Part shown: in pieces, positions 58,484-64,000 of the stretch
Layout: the number at the start of each line of letters is the position of its first letter
Position numbering within the stretch: position 1 is the first letter of the stretch
Virus record (IMG/VR): IMGVR_UViG_3300009370_001552
Location: 1 to 64,000 of that record
DNA: 64,000 bases
Direction: 5' to 3' (one strand)
Source of the DNA: a virus
Taxonomy: Duplodnaviria; Caudoviricetes
Position numbers and translations under genes: made by a program
The notes under the pieces: model-generated
Told to the model about the DNA's origin: nothing
What the model saw: only the letters and a program-made list of their open reading frames with translations
Databases searched by the model: none

Positions 58484-59440
58484 TTATTGCCAGAAATCGT
58501 GTTCCACCAGTCCTGCTGGGTTCTTTGCCTTCTCTATTCTTGCTTCCATTATTTCAAAATACTCTTTTTCTCGTTCTATCATAATGTAATTTCGTTCACC
58601 CATTACTGCTGCAATTCCTGTTGTTCCGCTTCCTGCGAATGGGTCTAATACTATATCACCTTTTCTACTCCCCAAAACCAATAAATATGAGAATAAGGTT
58701 AGTGGTTTGCAAGTTGGATGTATATTTTTTCCATCTTTAATACCATCACTCTTTTCTCGTTTTGAAGCTTTCGGCACAATTAAAAACGGAAATGTCTTTT
58801 GGACTTCTTCTGGTAATTCATTAAAATATCGTTTCCACCATTCGTCTAAACTGAAGTATCTACTGAAGTCTCCTTCATCTCCGTATCCTGGATCCTCTGC
58901 AAATCCTTCGTCTTTATGTGCCCAACCACCACTATACATATCGTTTGTATTCTGGTATGAACGACCACCACTTGATTTTGTGGTTTTACCTTGATCAAGT
59001 ATTCTATCACTCACTAATAAGTTTGCTGCAAACCTACCCATCGGTGATGCATCTGCAGTGTCGTTTTCTTCACTCTTAAATCCACTTGTCTTGAATACAT
59101 TATCTTCTGAACGTGGTTGTCTTTTAGTGGTTTTTCTCATAGGTGGTTCATCCACTTCAACTATTTTAGTTGCCTTCTTTCCCCATAGATTTCTACCATC
59201 ACTCATTGGTTGGGTTTCACCTGGTTTACCATATCGAATATCCATTCTGCCATAACCACCTTGTGGAGTATCATTCATTCCTGTGAATGGAATACGGCAG
59301 TCGTCGAGCCACGTACAAGAACGTCCCTGTGTTGTAAATTGTGCTAAATTAGGTTTCTTAAATTTACCACTCGGTAATCTTTCTATTTTTAGTTCTATAC
59401 CTTTATAGTTTATTTTATATGTTCGGTCTTTTTCCCGCAT
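58484..59440 (-). CDS. C-terminal (SAM-binding) half of a split N4/N6 DNA methyltransferase
   Basis: WLDDCRIP, GRFAANL, HPTCKP and VLDPFAGSGTTG; no DPPY motif. Confidence 0.85.
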   Translation of the reverse strand: MREKDRTYKINYKGIELKIERLPSGKFKKPNLAQFTTQGRSCTWLDDCRIPFTGMNDTPQGGYGRMDIRYGKPGETQPMSDGRNLWGKKATKIVEVDEPPMRKTTKRQPRSEDNVFKTSGFKSEENDTADASPMGRFAANLLVSDRILDQGKTTKSSGGRSYQNTNDMYSGGWAHKDEGFAEDPGYGDEGDFSRYFSLDEWWKRYFNELPEEVQKTFPFLIVPKASKREKSDGIKDGKNIHPTCKPLTLFSYLLVLGSRKGDIVLDPFAGSGTTGIAAVMGERNYIMIEREKEYFEIMEARIEKAKNPAGLVEHDFWQ

Positions 59441-59541
59441 GTATTTCGTGCTCCCATAATCTTATTATTTCATAACCGTTATTCGGGGAAATAAAAATTT
59501 GTATTGCAATTCTTACACTTCACTTTTATTTTTTTCTTCAT
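59415..59541 (-). pseudogene. Internally deleted Vsr-like endonuclease remnant
   Basis: MKKKIKVKCKNCNTNFY (CxxC head) abutting, in another frame, NNGYEIIRLWEHEIH (Vsr/DUF559 terminal motif; compare GYNVLVIWENDV in 54646..56115). Confidence 0.7.
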
Positions 59542-59662
59542 AGTATTTCTCCATACGCTTTTTCCTTATCTTTTCTGCGTTTTTGAGATAATATTTACGA
59601 GACTTTATTCTATTGGCCTCTTTTCGTTCTTCTTCTGTTTTATATTTTAACTTTCTTCCCAT
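59513..59662 (-). CDS. Unannotated 49-aa basic micro-protein (MGRK family)
   Basis: MGRKLKYKTEEERKEANRIKSRKYYLKNAEKIRKKRMEKY; paralog of 61402..61584. Confidence 0.7.
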   Translation of the reverse strand: MGRKLKYKTEEERKEANRIKSRKYYLKNAEKIRKKRMEKYYEEKNKSEV

Positions 59663-59671
59663 ATTATCTCT

Positions 59672-59686
59672 CTACTATAAATATAA
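59672..59686 (-). promoter_or_regulatory. Recurrent TATTTAT promoter-like motif with upstream inverted repeat
   Basis: TTATATTTATAGTAG, preceded by TTAC-TTTTTT-GTAA. Confidence 0.5.
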
Positions 59687-59712
59687 GTAATTACAAAAAA
59701 GTAATAACATTT

Positions 59713-60699
59713 TTACTCATTTTCCCAAATAATTTCATCTAAATCATATTGAGATTTTAACTCATCTGTTATTTCAAATAATGCTGTATCTTCTTCCACA
59801 AATCGGGATCTTATTTGTTCTACATAACCACCCTTTTCTAATGGTTTCATAGCAACTATGACGCTCTCCCAGGCTGGCTTTACCTGGTAACCAGCATACG
59901 CACCTTCCGCTCTTCGTGCCATTTCTGTTGCTGGTAATGTAATATCCACTTCACCACTTGCTTGATTATTTGTTGGTGAAAATGCAAAGTCTTTACCTGT
60001 TCCTAATCCAGATGACCTTTTACCGATTACTTCACGTTCTGCTCCCATAAATAATTTCTCAAGATTTTTAGCAATATGTTTCTTTTCTAAATCATCTTTT
60101 ATATCATCTTCGTCATAACCAATAACTTTCTTTATCACTTCCCACTTTTCTAATGTGGGTATTGCAATTCCCCAACTATCATCTGTTCTAATTTCTTTTC
60201 GTAAATAACCACAAGCATTAAACCCACATTCTTTATTTATCTGTGCTTTAGTTTTACCACTTTCTTTATATAGTTCTGCAAGTTTATCTTTAATCTCTAT
60301 AAGTGAAGTTCTTTGACGACCTGCATGTTTGTCGAAATGTTTGCCCACGTTCATTGCTTTCGGGAAACCAGTGGCATAACTCCAGGCAATAGGAGTAAAA
60401 CTTATATTAAATCCAGCATCTTCTAATAATATACACATTCTACTGTGAACATCAGAACGAGGTGCCGACATTACAAATGCTAATCCACCTGGTTTTAGAA
60501 CACGTACACATTCCTTAAATATCTCTATATCTGGGAGGGCTTTATCCCAATCTTTGCCCATGAAGGAAATCGAATACGGGGGATCACACGCCATAAGATC
60601 GACACTATTATCTGAAAGTTCTTTTAATTTCTCTTTACTATCCCCAAGTATCAACTGACTTTTAACTAATCCACCAATTTCTCCTTGTGTTTTTTTCAT
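59713..60699 (-). CDS. N-terminal (catalytic DPPY) half of a split N4/N6 DNA methyltransferase with an internal HTH-like insert
   Basis: LILGDS, ACDPPY, RVLKPGG, YATGFPK and KPAWES.IVAMKP; no FxGxG motif. Confidence 0.85.
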   Translation of the reverse strand: MKKTQGEIGGLVKSQLILGDSKEKLKELSDNSVDLMACDPPYSISFMGKDWDKALPDIEIFKECVRVLKPGGLAFVMSAPRSDVHSRMCILLEDAGFNISFTPIAWSYATGFPKAMNVGKHFDKHAGRQRTSLIEIKDKLAELYKESGKTKAQINKECGFNACGYLRKEIRTDDSWGIAIPTLEKWEVIKKVIGYDEDDIKDDLEKKHIAKNLEKLFMGAEREVIGKRSSGLGTGKDFAFSPTNNQASGEVDITLPATEMARRAEGAYAGYQVKPAWESVIVAMKPLEKGGYVEQIRSRFVEEDTALFEITDELKSQYDLDEIIWENE

Positions 60700-61415
60700 A
60701 CAAATTTCCTTATTGAACTTGTTTTATTTATTCTATTCTGTGCAGTCTCAAAATGTTTCGGGTTTATTTCCATACCAATAAAATCTAACCCTTCTTTTTT
60801 ACAAACTACTCCAGTTGTTCCACTGCCCATAAAATTATCTAATACTATATCACCTTCTTTTGATGCTACTGCTAATATTCTCTCCACCAACCCTTCTGTC
60901 ATTTGTGTTGGATGTACTCTTTCTTTTTTTGGAATAGCGTGTGGAATATGCCATACTGAACTTAACGGATCGTGTATTCCACAATCTTCATTTAAATATA
61001 TATCTGGTCCTTTTGACAAATGATAAACTATTTCGTAATCTAAATGAAATCGTTTTTTGGTAGAATCGAAAGAACCTGAATACTTCCAAATAATAAATGA
61101 CTTAAAATCTAATAACTGAAATCCACTTGTAAACTCTAACCAATGTGCAGTTTTTAATAATTTATTATGTGTCTTACTTTTAACATTAAAGAATAGTTGT
61201 CCCCCATCTTTTAATACTCTTGCATATTCCTTAAATACTCCATCCATAAAGTCTGAATATAACTTTAAAAATAATACATCTTTAGTTTGTGCTGCATACC
61301 CCGCTCCACTTACATCTTCATATGGAGGTGAAGTAATAATTAAATCAATACTATTATTATCCAATTTTTTTAATTCTTCTAAACAATCACCGAGTATAAG
61401 TTTACTGGTCTCCAT
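60696..61415 (-). CDS. Beta-class N4/N6 DNA methyltransferase
   Basis: LILGDCL, ITSPPY, RVLKDGG, HPTQM and VLDNFMGSGTTG. Confidence 0.9.
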   Translation of the reverse strand: METSKLILGDCLEELKKLDNNSIDLIITSPPYEDVSGAGYAAQTKDVLFLKLYSDFMDGVFKEYARVLKDGGQLFFNVKSKTHNKLLKTAHWLEFTSGFQLLDFKSFIIWKYSGSFDSTKKRFHLDYEIVYHLSKGPDIYLNEDCGIHDPLSSVWHIPHAIPKKERVHPTQMTEGLVERILAVASKEGDIVLDNFMGSGTTGVVCKKEGLDFIGMEINPKHFETAQNRINKTSSIRKFV

Positions 61416-61584
61416 ATAACCGTCTCCGTTTATTTTCTCTTTGTTTTTGTCGTTTTTTCTTTAAGTAGCGTTCTTTTGCCTGTCGCAATATCTTCTCTTT
61501 ATTGCGTTGGTAGTGTTCCATCTGCCACTTCTTTTGAGCATCTTTCAACTCATCTTTTGTTTTATATATTTTTTTTCTGCCCAT
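61402..61584 (-). CDS. Small basic helical protein (MGRK family)
   Basis: MGRKKIYKTKDELKDAQKKWQMEHYQRNKEKILRQAKERY; paralog of 59513..59662. Confidence 0.65.
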   Translation of the reverse strand: MGRKKIYKTKDELKDAQKKWQMEHYQRNKEKILRQAKERYLKKKRQKQRENKRRRLYGDQ

Positions 61585-62632
61585 TATTCAATTTTGCAAA
61601 TCTGTTTAATTTAGACCAAGTTTGCATTAACCAACTTTCAAGGTTCGGAAGTGCACCAAACATTCTATCAGAAATAAACATACTCTGAAACTTTGGTCGT
61701 ATCATTTCTGGCATTTTACCATTCACTATTTTGTTTATTTTTAGTTTTGCCTGTCCACTAATATCCACTTCATCTAACTGCATCAATTTATAATTTAATC
61801 TTAATTTAGCTTCACTATCTGAAACATTATCGTATATCTTTAATCCTTTATTTTCACTTGCAGTTTTCAGTAAATCATCAATACTTACATCTACATTTTC
61901 ATCTAATAATTGTGGAAATCTCTTTATTGCTGTTTTTAACCCAACTCCCATTACTCCTGGTATATTATCCGATTTATCCCCTTCTAATAATCTGTAAGTG
62001 AGGAAGTTATTTGCACTAATCTCATATTCTTCTTTTAGATTATCAGGTTTATAGAGTTTCTTTTTAGTTGGACTCCACACCGATATTTTATCATTCACAA
62101 GTTGCAAGAAATCTTTGTCTGTGCTCATAATGATAGAATTACTTTCAGGAAGGAGTTGTTTTATGGTATAAGCAATAACATCATCTGCCTCCACATTATC
62201 TATAGATAAAATAGAAACTGGAAGTGTTTCTAAATACTCTACACAACGGGATAATTGCATGAGCATAGAATGTCGTTCATCGTCTATATTCTCAAAATCA
62301 TTTACCCGGTTGAGCCTGATTTTAGTTGTTCGTTTTGCCTTATATTCTGGATAAAGTTTACGGCGACGATTTGAACCACCTTTTCCATCAAATACTATAA
62401 TGGTTCTGGTAGGTCCTAACATTTTAACAGCATAACCAAGTGATTTTAAGAATCCAGAAATTCCTCCGATATGGATACCATCGTCATTTGTAGTCGGGAT
62501 AACTGAAAAAACCCTAATAAATAAATTAAGTCCGTCAACTACCAGCACCTTTTCATTTGGATCACTACTTTCTACTTCACCACCATGCTTCTTTATCTCA
62601 TCTAATATAGATAAATATCTACCATTACTCAT
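61562..62632 (-). CDS. 5'-3' exonuclease / flap endonuclease (T4 RNase H, PolA N-domain-like)
   Basis: VVDGLN, VFDGKGG, RR..YPEYKAKR, EADDVI, STDKDFLQL and GDKSDNIPGV.GVG.KTA. Confidence 0.93.
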   Translation of the reverse strand: MSNGRYLSILDEIKKHGGEVESSDPNEKVLVVDGLNLFIRVFSVIPTTNDDGIHIGGISGFLKSLGYAVKMLGPTRTIIVFDGKGGSNRRRKLYPEYKAKRTTKIRLNRVNDFENIDDERHSMLMQLSRCVEYLETLPVSILSIDNVEADDVIAYTIKQLLPESNSIIMSTDKDFLQLVNDKISVWSPTKKKLYKPDNLKEEYEISANNFLTYRLLEGDKSDNIPGVMGVGLKTAIKRFPQLLDENVDVSIDDLLKTASENKGLKIYDNVSDSEAKLRLNYKLMQLDEVDISGQAKLKINKIVNGKMPEMIRPKFQSMFISDRMFGALPNLESWLMQTWSKLNRFAKLNNGQKKNI

Positions 62633-62745
62633 TTATTTTCTCATCTATAGTTAAAACAGGAAAGTGGGTATATATCTATTTATATTTTGAACTCGTCGTA
62701 TAATTCATCATCACATAACCAAAATAGTCATACACCCATTTTTCT

Positions 62746-62795
62746 CCTGCTACCCCAAGTAGATTTTATGACTTAATAGTCTCTACTTGAACAGG
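62746..62795 (-). other. Predicted nested RNA hairpin downstream of recA
   Basis: CCTG/CAGG outer pair, CAAGTAG/CTACTTG 7-bp stem, GACT/AGTC inner stem with a 4-nt loop. Confidence 0.4.
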
Positions 62796-62799
62796 TAAA

Positions 62800-63909
62800 T
62801 TATTCTACACCATCCAATTCTTCAGTATATTCCACATCATCTATACCAAGTTCTGTAGTTTGGTATTTTAATATAGATACATCACATATTTGATTGTATA
62901 AATACTTTTCGAGTCCATCAATTTCATCTAATTTTGTTTCAAAATCCTTAGATTGAAATTTAATTTTTTCACCATTATATTCTATTGTATACCAAGCACC
63001 ACCCTGTTTAACAAGTTTGTGATCCTTGAGAACTTGAAGCCAACTACCTTTATCATCTATTCCAGAATCAAAATATAAGTTAAAGTCAGCGTGACGAAGT
63101 GGAGGTCCTAAACGATTTTTTATTATCTGTGCCCTACATTTCATGCCTATTACATCATTCTTTGTTCCAACTTTAATTTGTCCCATATTCTTTAACCGAA
63201 TACGAGTTGAAGAATGAAACGGAAGCGCTTTGCCACCTGAAGTGGTCCACGGATCACCAAACATCACACCAAGTTTTTGTCTCAGCTGATTTGTGAATAC
63301 GAGAGCAATTCGTTCTCGTCCTATCATTTGAGTAATCTTTCTCATTGCCTTTGAAACAATGATTGCCTTACTTGTTGCCCAGCCGTCTTTTTCAAAATCA
63401 GCTTCCATTTCTACTTTTGTGGATGCTCCCGCTAAACTATCTACGAGAATAGTAACCAACCTATCTCTATCTGATTCCCGTATTTTAGCTATAATATTAT
63501 CAATACACTCAAATATATCTTCTACCGTTTCTACATGAAGATATAATAAGTCCTGAACATTTACACCAATAGTTTCTAACCATTCTCTACTAACTGAAGT
63601 TTCTGTATCTATGTAAACTGCAATTCCACCCTTTTTCTGGGTTTCTGAAAGAATGTGAGTTCCTATAAGTGATTTACCACTACTTTCTAATCCGTTAATT
63701 TCTGTAATTCTACCTACAGCAATTCCGCCGTTTGGACGGTTTGAGATTGCTAAATCCAAGATAGAGGATCCAGTAGAAACGAACTCTTTAATATCCGTTG
63801 GAGTTGCGTTTGATCCATCGAGAAAATACGCAACTTTTGTATCTTTGAACTGTTTGTTTAGACTATCAGCAAGAACTTGTGCTAATTCGTCTTTAACTGC
63901 TACAGACAT
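62800..63909 (-). CDS. recA: RecA/UvsX recombinase
   Basis: STGS..LD.A, GRITEINGLESSGKS, YIDTE, VDSLA, FTNQLR and TSGGKALPFHSS. Confidence 0.96.
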   Translation of the reverse strand: MSVAVKDELAQVLADSLNKQFKDTKVAYFLDGSNATPTDIKEFVSTGSSILDLAISNRPNGGIAVGRITEINGLESSGKSLIGTHILSETQKKGGIAVYIDTETSVSREWLETIGVNVQDLLYLHVETVEDIFECIDNIIAKIRESDRDRLVTILVDSLAGASTKVEMEADFEKDGWATSKAIIVSKAMRKITQMIGRERIALVFTNQLRQKLGVMFGDPWTTSGGKALPFHSSTRIRLKNMGQIKVGTKNDVIGMKCRAQIIKNRLGPPLRHADFNLYFDSGIDDKGSWLQVLKDHKLVKQGGAWYTIEYNGEKIKFQSKDFETKLDEIDGLEKYLYNQICDVSILKYQTTELGIDDVEYTEELDGVE

Positions 63910-64000
63910 ATAATTCTCCTAAAATTATATGGTGGTTGTATCCGGCTTTATAAACGTTACGTCGCACACAATCGGTTTTATTAGTTGTTGGCTTCAACAA

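Noticed and set aside
1380-61688. All plus-strand ORFs in the supplied track (60-120 aa)
   Set aside because: Each lies antisense to a well-supported minus-strand gene, has no recognisable motif, and reads like a shadow ORF of AT-rich DNA.
1-64000. Stop-codon reassignment (alternative genetic code)
   Set aside because: Long genes are intact under the standard bacterial code and end in TAA, TAG and TGA. The three interruptions are frame changes, not in-frame stops.

Overview
AT-rich 64 kb segment of a very large tailed-phage (T4-superfamily-like, jumbo) genome. Every supportable gene lies on the minus strand, tightly packed. Reading in the direction of transcription (right to left) there is a replication/recombination core: RecA/UvsX, 5'-3' exonuclease, DnaB/gp41-like helicase, class II RNR, family B DNA polymerase, sliding clamp, both clamp-loader subunits, a PD-(D/E)XK exonuclease, thioredoxin and two ClpP paralogs. 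This core is interleaved with four DNA methyltransferase-like enzymes and large surface-glycan or tailoring islands: about 17 glycosyltransferase-like ORFs, a Gmd-ColD-Fcl (GDP-colitose-type) pathway, DegT aminotransferases, an amidinotransferase, sulfotransferases, SGNH-like proteins, WbqC, an ATP-grasp protein and a TonB-dependent receptor. The most striking feature is a set of fractured genes. (i) The RNR is split by a free-standing Vsr-like endonuclease and carries a canonical naturally split intein. (ii) The DNA polymerase is split by another endonuclease. Its halves end and begin with what looks like a degenerate, non-splicing remnant of a split intein. The C-half also has a 5-nt interruption exactly in the catalytic DTDS motif, and the N-half apparently starts at AUU. 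(iii) A DNA MTase is split into catalytic and SAM-binding halves around the wreck of a deleted endonuclease, with an acidic tail and a basic head. (iv) A GT2 gene is broken in a similar way. Several unannotated micro-ORFs, endonuclease footprints and a recurrent promoter-like motif were also found. All family assignments come from motif recognition by eye, not database searches. No tRNA, rRNA or CRISPR array was seen.
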